Source: Octopus vulgaris
Lineage: Eukaryota
Length of the DNA: 64,000 nt
Assembly: GCA_951406725.2 (NCBI GenBank)
Contig: OX597818.1
Span: forward strand, 49,538,001 to 49,602,000
Direction of reading: 5' to 3'
Positions 1 through 11,620 of the stretch are shown here, in pieces. Position numbers and translations under genes: made by a program. A model generated the notes under the pieces. That model saw only the letters and a program-made list of their open reading frames with translations. It was not told the origin of the DNA and did no database searches. Positions within the stretch are counted from its first letter, which is position 1. Each line of letters starts with the position of its first letter.

Positions 1-183
1 CATTTTAATGCATTTTTTCGCTATTATATAAGGGAAGTAACTCTCTAAAAATGTCTACGATGAGTCAACGATTTAAAAAAAATTTACCATCATTTTTTCC
101 CATTTTTAATGCATTTTTTGGCTATAACTCTCTAAAAATGCTTATATAGTTATTTCCCTTACAAACCCGAGCGATACTGCTAG
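1..183 (+). mobile_element. 3' end of a non-autonomous Helitron-like element (truncated by window start)
   Basis: Near-identical to the 3' part of the complete copy at 58635-58933; ends ...GATACTGCTAG followed by T; the subterminal hairpin is partly deleted in this copy. Confidence 0.7.
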
Positions 184-499
184 TAGTATATATAAGGATC
201 ACATTATTTGGTACAATCTCCCCTTTTTAATACAGTAGGGTAAGACTGGAGTTGCCTCACTGGGTGCAAACAGAAACACCAAAGAAATCATTGGTAGAAT
301 GATGAAGAACAAGAATATCCCATGTACTTAAATAGCTAACAACGTCTGTATTTATGGATAAAACCTGGCTTTCAGATGATTCTTTTTTTTTTTTCTTTTA
401 ATAAATTCTCTTTTGTTGGATAGATAGCATTATAAAAAATCTAGGGAAATGTTATATCCATTGGCAACAGGATTTCTCTCATTACATAAATGGAAAACT

Positions 500-1110
500 A
501 AGAGATGTATATTAAGGATGATGATGATGTGTGGTAGGAAAAATATGAATAGTAGCATATGCTGACAAAAGTCAAAAGTTAATAATCCATTGGATTTGCA
601 TTGATAATCTGAAGTGGTGGAGTTGAAAAGCTAATCTATGGAGAAGAGATAATTCTGCTATTATGGTAATGTAAATGGAGACAGTTTGGGTGATAAATTT
701 AGTGAGTAGACCAGAGTTGGGAAGAAGTAAAAGCTGGATTGTGGGATGATGTAAGATCAAGACAAACTGCTGGCTTGTTCTAAATGATAGTATTGTTAAA
801 ATGATGATGATTTGATGAGGAAGTGGGTACATAGGGCTTATCAAAAAGAATACAGAATAAAGCAATAAGGTAATTAGACAATACAATAAATGAGAAACAG
901 ATAACATTAACTGCAGCAACAATAATTACTTGAGCACTATAGGCAAGATAGTTTTTAATAATGTACCACTATCAAACAGGAGAGAGTATGTAAATAATGT
1001 AATAATTGATTGTTATCTCCAGATGTAATTAAAGTATGAGCCAGTAAGGGAAGCCTGTATACAATAATATGACTTGCTAGAAATAGCAACCAAATTTCTT
1101 CTACTATCTT
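500..1110 (-). pseudogene. Highly decayed non-LTR retrotransposon fragment (possible AP-endonuclease region)
   Basis: Minus strand reads DLTSSHNP near 735-760, resembling the SDHxP end of APE domains; otherwise frameshifted. Confidence 0.25.
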
Positions 1111-2494
1111 GGAAAGTAAAAGAAGGCAGTCAGAGGATAATGCAGTCCTGGATATCAAAAAAAAAAAAAAAAAAAAGACAAGGCTGATCAATGACGGTAT
1201 GTCTTTGACCAAAAGTCAGAGCTAACTTCAGGGCATGCATTCTGGATAACTGCATAAATTCAAGTCTACATGAAATAATGGAAATATAGGAAAATTTAAT
1301 TATTTCAGATATCTTTGAACACAAAATTATGCAACTTTTACATATCAAGTTATAACTTTCATGTTCAAAGAATGTCTTTTTTTTCTTTACAAACTTTGGT
1401 ATGAATAATTTATAAAATTACTCATAGCTCTAACAGCAGAAAATAATTATCGCAGCAAAATAAATATCATAGGCAAATTCACATTTCAAATTGAAGGGAG
1501 TTGTAACTATCATAAAATAAAGCATAGTCATTCAAATGTTTTGAAACAAAAATGTACTAGTCAAATATTTTCTTTAGCTATTCCTAAAGCTAATTACAAG
1601 TTGCTGCAGTTGTAAATTACATATTGAATAAAGAGAGAAAATTTGGCAATTAGCATACACAATGACTTAATGGATTTCGTGCCATAATAGAAACAGCACA
1701 TATAGCAGTATCTTAAATAGATCAATTGAAAAGAAACCGAAACAATGCTTATATGCCAAGTTAAATAACACACAAAGTATATATGATAACGTATATATTT
1801 TAGCCTAACAAACTGCATTTACACACAAAGAAACTAGAAAAATATTTGCTTTTAGTCAATGCTGAAAAGTTTAGTTTCACAACTCTAGAGCACCAATGAG
1901 TTAAAAAGCGGCACAGCTTGTTTGTAGAACATTAAAAGTCAATGACATGGAGTTGCATGATAAAATCTCATTTTGCTCTCTTTTGTTTAATTATTAAAAG
2001 ACAAGCTGCTATTGTGTATTTACATCATACAGATAAGCCAGCCTTAAATAGTGTCTATGTGGGCATTTCTATTATTTTATCTATTTATTTATTTTTGTAC
2101 CATGCTGTAAAAATGCTACAAATTATCATTAAGATAAATCTTTAATGATTTTAAACTGATGATCAAAGATTAATTTAACCTGCTTGTCATTCAATTTAAT
2201 CTAGAAGTAGATTGATACAGATGTTCAAGATTCCCAATATGAAATTACAATCAATATTGTAGAATAATAGTTTTCCCTTAATTCTCCCCGGCTCCTTTAT
2301 AAATTGCTTTCATATAAATGTAGAAATTTAGTCTTCATCTTGACCCTCCATAATATCTACCCAACTAAACAATAAGCATACTAACATCTGCTTTCACAGA
2401 TTCACTTTTAATCCTTCAATAAAGCTCTGAAGGTAATGTAAGTTTTACAAATTTGAAAAGAAATATAAGATATCTTTGTCAATCTTTGCTAATA

Positions 2495-3060
2495 CACCCT
2501 TTTGTAATATTTCTGTTGAAATACACTGCTTTTGTTTCAGTTAATTTTGAAAATAATGAAAAATTTAATAAAAGGCATAGGAGTGGCTGTGTGGTAAGTA
2601 GCTTGCTTACCAACCGCATGGTTCTGGGTTCAGTTCCACTGCATGGCACCTTGGGCAAGTGTCTTCTACTATAGCCTCGGGCTGACCAAAGCTTTTGAGT
2701 GGATTTAGTAGACGGAAACTCAAAGAAGCCTATTGTATATATGTATATATATGTGTATATATGTTTTTCCCCCCAACATCGCTTGACAACCAATGCTGGT
2801 GTGTTTACATCCCCGTAACTTAGCAGTTCGGCAAAAGAGACCGATAGAATAAGTCCTGGGGTCAATTTGCTGGACTAAAGGCAGTGCTCCAGCATGGCCT
2901 CAGTCAAATGACTGAAACAACTAAAAGAGTAAAATAACTGTGGTGTTTGGAACATAACATGAAATTTTGATAGAAAGCTTTTGTGTAGGTCACTTTTAAA
3001 ACAGGAAAGTTTGTATTGTAGAACTAGAAGATGTTTTAGGCAAACTGGTATCAATAGTGT
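2495..3060. mobile_element. Decayed piggyBac-type MITE interrupted by a SINE
   Basis: Flanks (2495-2573, 2934-3060) align by eye with the intact MITEs at 20874-21089 and 33973-34172. Confidence 0.55.
2574..2933 (+). mobile_element. tRNA/CORE-type SINE (family A)
   Basis: tRNA-like head (TGGCTGTGTGG...GGTTCAGTTCC), CORE-like GGCACCTTGGGCAAGT, internal (TA)n, tail CCAGCATGGCC...TGACTGAAACAA. Confidence 0.85.
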
Positions 3061-3659
3061 CTTTAAGACAGCTTTTTTTCATTCCTAAATCAATTATTTA
3101 GTGATCTAGAAACTCTTTAGTTTGTACATTAAGAGTGAATAACTGTGAATACTCCTGATATCTGACTAATGAAAGTCTTTAAATTGAACAAGAAATTTTA
3201 GTTGCCTAAACATTGAAGCTGAACTGAGAGATAATATAACACTGTACAAAAAAAAAAAAAAAAAAAAAAAACTGAGAAAACATCTTTTGTTATATATTTC
3301 TAAGATAATCTGCAGTTTGTTTATTTCAATTAAATTTGAAAACAATGAACAATTTGAAAGCAATTAGTAAAATAGTTAACTTTATTCATTATCAAGCCAA
3401 TGTTTAGAACGTCTTAAAAGATAACTTACATAAAACTGTGGACAGTTTAAATATAAAGATGAACTCTAAAAAAGTTTTGTATCACGAAATCAGAGAGTGG
3501 GTTGGTATCAAAAGGTATGATTCTGATGAAGAATACTAGTACCTCTCCAAGAAAATACACAGAACACAACTACTAGCATCTTAGATGTATGTATTCAGAG
3601 CACCACTTATTGCAACTGACTGATTTCTTGTGGCTTTATTGAACATTGTAAACGTAATA

Positions 3660-3849
3660 TCTTTTATCTTTTCAGTCATTAGAATGTAGCCATGTTGGGG
3701 CACTGCCTGGAATAATTTTTAGTTGAATGAACTGACCCTAGTACTTTTATTTTTTTAAAAGCCTGGTCCTTATTCTATCAGTCTCTTTTGCTGAACTGCA
3801 AAATTACAGGGATGAAAACACAGCAACACTGGTTGTCAAGCGGTGGTGG

Positions 3850-3883
<34 letters not shown>

Positions 3884-3995
3884 GGGCTTCTTTCAATTTC
3901 TTGGTCAGCCGTAGACTATAGTAAAAGACACTTTCCTAAGGTATCACACAGTGGGACTGAACCCAGAACCATGTAGTTAGGAAGAAAGCCATGCC
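3660..3995 (-). mobile_element. Family A SINE, diverged
   Basis: Reverse complement of family A tail and head, with internal (CA)n. Confidence 0.75.
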
Positions 3996-4366
3996 TGCTG
4001 ATGTATATGAAAAACCTCTAACACAGACAATCTTGATAAAATTTTCCCATTTTTACCATATAAAAAAAAGAATGCAAGCAGTAAAATTAAAGTACAATTC
4101 CCCATCTGTTATCAGTGTCATTTTCACATCTGTTGGTTTTAAAAGGATTTTGTTGTACAACATACCTCCACCCCATGTCATGATCCTTCATGATTTTATT
4201 CTTGAAACCTAACATCTTAACACTTATTTCTGGGATTTTCTTGGCAGTTGGGAACTTTCCCTACCAACACTTGCTCCACTTTCACCTACCATGTCATGTT
4301 TCTGTCATCACCAGAGTGGTTCATGAATTTAATTTCAAGGGTTCTCCTACTCCTAGCTATTCTTGT

Positions 4367-4568
4367 TGTTGTTGTTAAGCAACAAGATGGGTAAGGGTGA
4401 TTAGGTGATGGTCTAGGGCTTAGGGGCGGGAGACCCCAGACCATGGGAAAAAAAACTTTGGTCGTAGTCTTGTAGTCAGGGGCTCTTCGTTGACGCCCAA
4501 CACTACTGGGAGATGGCCCTCAAAGTCGCTGGAAATGGAGATCTCCAGGTCCAAATTCTTGAACGGTA
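4367..4568 (-). mobile_element. 5'-truncated retroposed element with (AAC)n tail
   Basis: 10-bp target-site duplication CTATTCTTGT at 4357-4366 and 4569-4578; GC-rich body; (AAC)n 3' tail on minus strand. Confidence 0.75.
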
Positions 4569-4809
4569 CTATTCTTGTGCATCTAAGATCTTGGTTTTCC
4601 TTTCATGTAACCATTAAGTACCAACATTAAGTTCCTACTTGCTCCTTTCCCATATACTAAACAAGGCTCTTTTACATTTCCACATAAACCCTTTCAAGGA
4701 ATCTGACACATGCAATAGGTTGAAAAGTCACATTTTCCTCAAAAAAATTTTATGCGTATTTGGGTAAACAAAGTCCTCGTCAAAAGTAATAATGCCAAAA
4801 AAAAAAAAA

Positions 4810-5147
4810 TTTTGTTGCTTCCCAACCACATGGTTCTGGGTTCAGTCTCACTGCATGGCATCTTAGGCAAATGCCTTCTACCATAGCCTTTGGCTAACAA
4901 AAACCATGAGTAAATTTAATTTGATAGATAGGAACTGAAAGAAGTCCTTATGCCAGCTTAAACAACAGATGTTAAATGATGATGATGATATATATATACA
5001 CACACACACACACAAATTCATCTTCGTGTGTGTGTCTGTTGCACCCTACCAACAAATGGTGTTCCTGTAACTTATTCTATCAGCCTTGAAAGTCAGTACC
5101 CCAGCACGACATCAGACTAGTGACTGAAACAAGTAAAAGATAAAAGC
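4810..5147 (+). mobile_element. Family A SINE, diverged
   Basis: CCAACCACATGGTTCTGGGTTCAG head and TGACTGAAACAAGTAAAAGA tail. Confidence 0.65.
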
Positions 5148-5892
5148 TAGCTTAATCCCTTCATTTATAAGGTATTCAATAAATTTGTTCCAACATAAAT
5201 TGACAAAAACCATCAACACAAATTTCCAATTAATAACTAAACTTTAACCACAAACACACTCCCATACCTCCCAGTCCCACTTCATAACCGATACCTACCT
5301 TATATATTATCCATTAATTGGCAACCAATCGCAATGTAACAGCTTCTAAACATTAACTAATCACCACACAACAGTTAACTCTTAATCTCCAATCCACCAT
5401 TTATTTACACCCTCTCACCGAAGCTATAAAAATAATTGCCGACAACTAATAAGTGGTGTTCATTCACACATTTATCCACTTGCTCACTAACAAAATGAAC
5501 TATTATTTTACTTGACACTCCTCGGAATATGATCATGCATGACTGAAAGCATAGCTAAGCCTTCTCCCCTTAACATAAGGAACATATTACCCCTGCTCCT
5601 ATACTAACTAAATGTACCTTTAGAAAATCTAAATGGCTCAACATTAAAATGATTAATACATTTTTCAGTTGTTTACTTAACGAAATGTGCATAATGCAAC
5701 ATGCCCTAATGACACACACATGCACGTGTGCATAATTAGGGTAAGTATCATACCTACTAACACACACCTATATATTTTGTAAGACTTCATTATTAAATAC
5801 TATCAAGATAAGAATTATAAGCTCTTCAATGCAAGCTTAAAGATTTTAGCGATAACTTTATTTCGAATGAAAATGTAAGAATTCTTTGAGCC

Positions 5893-6250
5893 TTTACGAG
5901 TTTCAGTCATTGGATTGTAGTCAGGCTGGAGCCATACCTTTAATTGTTTTTCGTCAAACAGATTGACTTCAGTCTGGTACTTATTCTATTAGTCTCTTTT
6001 GCTGAATTGCAAAGTTACAGGGATGTAAACAAACCAACACCCGTTGTCAAATAGTAGGGGGAGGCAGACAAACACAGACATGCATACACACACACATGCA
6101 ATACACTTCCATACAGTTTCCACCTACCAACTCCACTCACAAGGTATCAGATGGCCCAAATGGCATACTAGGAGACATGTACCCAAGGTACTGCAGTGGG
6201 ACTGAACCTACAACTACATGATTGCAAAGTGAGATTCTTAACTACATGAC
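5893..6250 (-). mobile_element. Family A SINE, diverged
   Basis: Reverse complement of family A tail, body and head. Confidence 0.7.
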
Positions 6251-6420
6251 TCCCTCACCCCATCCCACCTACAATCAATATTTTAAACACATTTTGTGAA
6301 AGAAACAGAAAGAAAAATAGCTTTAAACATCTAAAACTTATTTCTTTTAAATCTCTAAATTAGCAGATAACTATTCAAATGTTAATTTTAGAAGCATTTA
6401 TACATAAAATACATACTCAC

Positions 6421-6446
6421 GTTTCAGTACATTGATGAGGTGATTC
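6421..6446 (-). other. Candidate 26-nt internal microexon of an unidentified minus-strand gene
   Basis: Minus strand: tttatatttttcAG|GAATCACCTCATCAATGTACTGAAAC|GTGAGTat; two frames open (ESPHQCTE, NHLINVLK). Confidence 0.5.
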
Positions 6447-6715
6447 CTGAAAAATATAAATAATTTCATAAATACTATATTATGTTAATACAATTTCATA
6501 TTATTTTCAGTTTCAAAATTCATTTTTATATCATTAACATATTCCAATGGTGGTGCCCCAGCATGACCGCAGCTTTAAAGCTGAAGCAATTTAAAGAATT
6601 AAAGAATATTCATACAAAAAAAAAAACGACCTTAAATCTTAGGCTTTTTAATCTTGTCATTTTATGATTCAAAACATTTAGGGGAAAGGCTTGCAAATTT
6701 TTCTGAAGCTATTGT

Positions 6716-6918
6716 TACTCTTACTCTTTTACTTGTTTCAGTCATTTGACTGCGGCCATGCTGGAGCACCGCTTTTAATCAAGCAACTCAACCCCAGGAC
6801 TTATTCTTCTGTAAGCCCAGTACTTATTCTATCGGTCTCTTTTGCCGAACCGCTAAGTAACGGGGACATAAACACACCAGCAATGCTAGGGGGGACAAAC
6901 ACAGACACACACACACAC

Positions 6919-6962
<44 letters not shown>

Positions 6963-7109
6963 GACGGGCTTCTTTCAGCTTCCGTCTACCAAATCCACTC
7001 AAAAGGCTTTGGTCGGCCTGAGGCTATAGTAGAAGACACTTGCCCAAGGTGCCACGCAGTGGGACTGAACCCGGAACCATGCGGTTGGTAAACAAACTAC
7101 TTACCACAC
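6716..7109 (-). mobile_element. Family A SINE
   Basis: Near-consensus reverse-complement copy with (TA)n core. Confidence 0.9.
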
Positions 7110-8231
7110 GTCACCCAAGATTTAAGATATTTAATAAAATTAATATTACTGAGGTAATCTCATGACTTTACAAGTATATGTCAGCTGATTTTTATTGCAG
7201 AATAGTCAAGATGGTAAACCAGAAATTCAGAAAAAAAATTACAGGTTGCTTTTAAGATTCATCATGATTTTTAAAAAGTATTTATTGTATTATGCATCAT
7301 AAATTACACTCTAACACCCATTTTTCTATGTTGGCATAATTAAATCAAATTTGAACAACAGAGAACAGTTTTGACTTCTGTGTGGAAACAAGAAAAAAAA
7401 AAGGCAAATGAAACAGAAATATCATTTCCCATCTCAGGTGATGAGTACAAAAATATTTTTTCCTACTAGATCAAGCTTGCCTCTGAAGAATGTAATAAAA
7501 TAGAACCAAACTAATAATAACCTTCAGTAACTAATTTAAAAAAAAACATTAAAAAACACAAAAATTAATCTTATAATAGATGAAACCTGTAAAGAAATAA
7601 ACTCAATTTTCCTGCAGTAATATTTCCAATACAAATTTATAACCTCATATCTTTAGTACAGCAGCAACAATTCCTAGAGACATCTATCTTAAACTGTACT
7701 TGTCCTTTAGATAACAAGATACACTTTATCACCTCACTTACACAGCATAAGTTCACTGACCAATGAATATGAAATAGCAGTTTTTAATCTATCAACTGAT
7801 CTCATTTTAGACAACAAACTTTCCTATTTACATTTGTGATGTTGAAATCACAAAATTATTTCCTCCATTCCAAATGTTAAATTGGTCCTTTTTTTTTTTA
7901 CTCTTCAATTTGTCAAATTCCTTTCTTTTATATAAAGAACCAATCACCTTTACACAAACAAACAATTTACTGATCAAATGTTTGGTGGTGACCAACAAAT
8001 GCAGTATGCAGAATAATGTATTGGTTGTGTGTACACAATCCAATTATCTGTACAACCATTTCTCTTTTTAAGCTGGTGTTTTGGATGGAGCTGATTGTGG
8101 TAAATGTAAGAAAGGCAGAGTAAATTGAAATACAAAATTGCCAATGAAAGAATCTGAATCTCACATGCTAAATAATCTGGACATGTGCTTAAAGTATTAT
8201 ACAGGCTTTCTACCTTGTTATAGAAACTCTA

Positions 8232-8730
8232 CAAGAAGGTGCTGAAAAGTTCCTGGCTTTGGGTAAAAGCAAATAAAGGAGGATCAGTTAATTATGATTT
8301 TATTTCATGTAAAAAAGCACCATCCGTTCGTGGCCGTTTGCCAGACTCGTCTGGCACCACCATCCGTTCGTGACCGTTGCCAGCGCCACCCCGACTGGCC
8401 TCGTGCTGGTGGCACGTAAAAAGCACCCACTACACTCACGGAGTGGTTGGCATTAGGAAGGGCATCCAGCCGTAGAAACACTGCCAGATCAGACTGGGCC
8501 TGGTGCAGCCTTCTGGCTTCACAGACCCCAGTTGAACCGTCCAAACCATGCTAGCATGGAAAGCGGACGCTAAATGATGATGATGATGATATTCCCCTCT
8601 GAGATACACACACTTATTGTAGCAATCCTTTAATTTTTCAAAGCCCTGTAAAAGAACTTGGAAGGTTGGGCCTCCGACCAGACCTTTTGTGATACCCTTT
8701 TTAAGCCAAGAACTTTCCAGCACCCCTTCA
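8232..8730. mobile_element. Mariner/Tc1-type MITE carrying an RTE-tail insertion
   Basis: Imperfect ~28-bp TIRs (CAAGAAGGTGCTGAAAAGTTCCTGGCTT / AAGCCAAGAACTTTCCAGCACCCCTTCA) flanked by TA. Confidence 0.7.
8308..8590 (+). mobile_element. RTE LINE 3' UTR fragment (family D)
   Basis: GGCACGTAAAAAGCAC repeats, GGCATTAGGAAGGGCATCCAGC motif, (GAT)n tail. Confidence 0.75.
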
Positions 8731-8754
8731 TAGTTAAGGGTTACTTAACCACCA

Positions 8755-9260
8755 CCATTATCATCTAACACCCACTTTTCCATGCTTGCATGGGTCAGAT
8801 AGAATTCGTTGAGGCAGATTTTCTACAGGCTGATGTCTTTCTTGTTGCTAACCTTCACTTGTTTCCAAGTAAGGTTATATTTTCCCATGGTCAGAGAAAT
8901 TTTTCAAAGAAAACTAGGAACGATCTTGTTTTTCAATGGTGATGCTCATTTACAACTACCATGTGATGTCTATGGAAATTGTAACCCAACCACTAATTTC
9001 AGGATATGGACAGTAATCTTGCCCATACAATAACTCAGGCAAACTTTAACAATTCTAAAACCTTAAATTTTATATATCATTATTTGACATCTGTTTCCAT
9101 GCTGGTATGAGTTGGACAGTTTGACAGGAGCTGGTTAGAGAGAGCTTCCCAGACTCCAATTGTCTGTTTTGGCATGGTTTCTACAGCTGGATATCCTTTC
9201 TAACACCAACCACTTTACAGAGCGTACTATGTGGCACTGGCATGGGAGTGGCACCAGCAT
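8755..9260 (-). mobile_element. Two RTE-tail SINE/LINE fragments
   Basis: TTTCCATGCT...TTTCTACAG(G)CTG motifs at ~8775-8830 and ~9095-9190. Confidence 0.6.
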
Positions 9261-9419
9261 GTATATGTATAAAAATTAATTATTTTTAAAATATATATTT
9301 GGTGTGATATAATTACATTTGATTGCTCAACTCCTCGTTTTCCAGTCTCTGTCATCTAACAAACTCCCTCTTTCCTCTACTTTGTGCATGCATCAATTAA
9401 ATTGACCTTGTGTTTCATT

Positions 9420-9905
9420 GTTCTTGACATTCTCGATTTCAATTTATATTTCTGTTGAAAAAGTTTCACCTAATTTTGAAAATATTGAAGAACTTAGTAA
9501 TATAACTGTCATTATTAAGCTAGGTGCAGGCTGGTGTGTGGTAAGTAGTTTCGTTTCCAACCACATGGTTCTGAGTTCAGTTCCACTCTGTGGCACTTTG
9601 GGCAAATGTCTTCTACTATAACTTTGGGCCAACCAAAGCCTTGTGAGTGGATTTGGCAGACAGAAACTGAAAGCCCATCATGCATGTGTGTGTGTGTGTG
9701 TGTGTGTCTTCATTCAACTAAAAATTCTTCAATGAGGTGTCCCAGCATGGCCACCATCTAATAGCTGAAACTAGAAGATTAAAGACAGTGTTTGGATCAT
9801 AAATTAATATGAAATTTTGAATGGAAGGTTTTGGTTTAGATCACTTTAAAACAGGAAGCTTGTTATCATTCAACCAGGGCTGGTTTCGGGTGGTTAACAT
9901 CAAGA
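9420..9905. mobile_element. Decayed piggyBac-type MITE with family A SINE (9522-9785) inserted
   Basis: Flanks match the 20874-21089 MITE family; SINE head/CORE/tail in the middle. Confidence 0.6.
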
Positions 9906-10118
9906 GATTTAAATCATACACCACTTCCTCCTGTATTGTACAGTTCCCACCTTTTGACATCACTTCTCCACCTCTGATTTTGATGTTAGAAAAACATTAC
10001 TTCTTGCCAATACAGACCATCACTAATTTCCTTATTATTTGGCATGGATTTCTTGTCTATTTCCACTGCTGTTGGATTTAACTACAAGCATGTAAAGTAT
10101 AGTGCATTACGCTAACAC

Positions 10119-11620
10119 ATGACTGGAAAAAGGCCATCAAATGGAGGTGAAAGAAGTAGTGCCAAAGGGAGTCATAAAGAGATTATATTAAACAGTAAAC
10201 CTGATATTTTAGAAAAGTCTAATGCAAGAGAAAAGAATCAGCCATATTGCAAAAAGCTTGCAGTGTCTACAGAAGGAATACAGATAAAATTAGGTCAAGT
10301 GCTCAAGCAGCTATTCTATTAATTGCTTGAACAGTCTTTTTTTTCTTTCTTTTTTTTTTTAATAGATCTAATATGATGCTTAATACAAAATGGGTGGTAT
10401 GTAGGTCAACAAACTGGACAACGTGCTGATAAACACAACAGTCAATCCAATAAAAGTTACAAGACTATAATTTTCAGAGAGAGAACGATGCAAATCCTGA
10501 GGTAAATGCTTTTCTGGCCAGTTAGAAGCTTTGGTGAACCTGCTAACTATTATTCTAAGGAACTGAAGAAAATACACATTAGAACAAGTGTATAATACTG
10601 ATGAAAATAGCTTTTCTAGAAGCACATGCTTGCAAGGACATTTCTTATAAAAAAAAAAAAAAATCAGTAACTGGTTCTAAAGTTTCTGATGGCTCATCTG
10701 ATGACTCTTTTGGGAGGAAATGCTGTGGGTGATATAAAATTAAAACACTCATTCATGTATCAAACTAAAAATCTAAGAGCTTTCAAGGGTTATGTTAAGT
10801 TTAACTAACTTGTAACAATGTCCTAAGACTTGGATGACAATGAGTGCTTTCCAAGATTGACTTACAAACATTTTTCTTTTGGTCCTATAGTAAAAAGGTA
10901 TAATACCAGGTTTATTTCAAACAAAGCAGTTGCTTTTATACATGCACCAAGCCTCAGAGTGAATTTAAATAGTCTTTTTGGTAATGTAAGAATAGACTGT
11001 ATCCCGAAGAACATAGCCTCCTTGCTCCATCCAGTGGATCAAGGTGAGCTAGCTTCATAGAATATTATCTGAGAACTTTTAAAAACAATTGAAGAGGATA
11101 AATATACACACTTAGGAACTAATGGAGAATGTGTGGCATCATGAATGCTGTAGACAACACAGTCAAGTCATAAGATGAAATAAGGCATCTGTTATGGATG
11201 CTGCTTTTAAAAACATATGGTCAGACTGTATCTTTGACTTGTCAGGTTTTTCACCAGCAGAAAGTCTGCATTGAATTCAGCAAAATACTATGACACAGAC
11301 AATTAATGTAGGTTTCGAAGAAACCATAGATGATAATGTGCATAAGTTGCTAGAATTCTATTTAGAAAATTAATCTAATGAGGGGCCAATGTCATTAGAA
11401 TAAGTGAAACCTGCAGTGCAAGAAGAGAATATAGAGACTTTATTTGGTTGTAAAGAATACGGTGAACGATTAGAACTTAGAGGAAGATTTATATATCTTT
11501 AATATTAATATTCTAATTGCAAATGTAACTAAAAAATTACAGAAGAGTTTAAATTAATTTAGTTCCTACTTAGACCTATAAAGAAAGTGATGGGTGGATG
11601 ACAATAAACAACTTTGTATA
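10119..11620 (+). pseudogene. Tigger/pogo-family transposase pseudogene
   Basis: Frameshifted motifs in the expected order: N-terminal MTGKRPS...KEIILNSKPDILEK (CENP-B-like HTH), YTLEQVYNTDE (10573-10605), LGGNAVGDIKLK (~10709-10745), IPKNIASLLHPVDQG (~11000-11045; cf. LPPNTTSLIQPMDQG). Confidence 0.85.
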
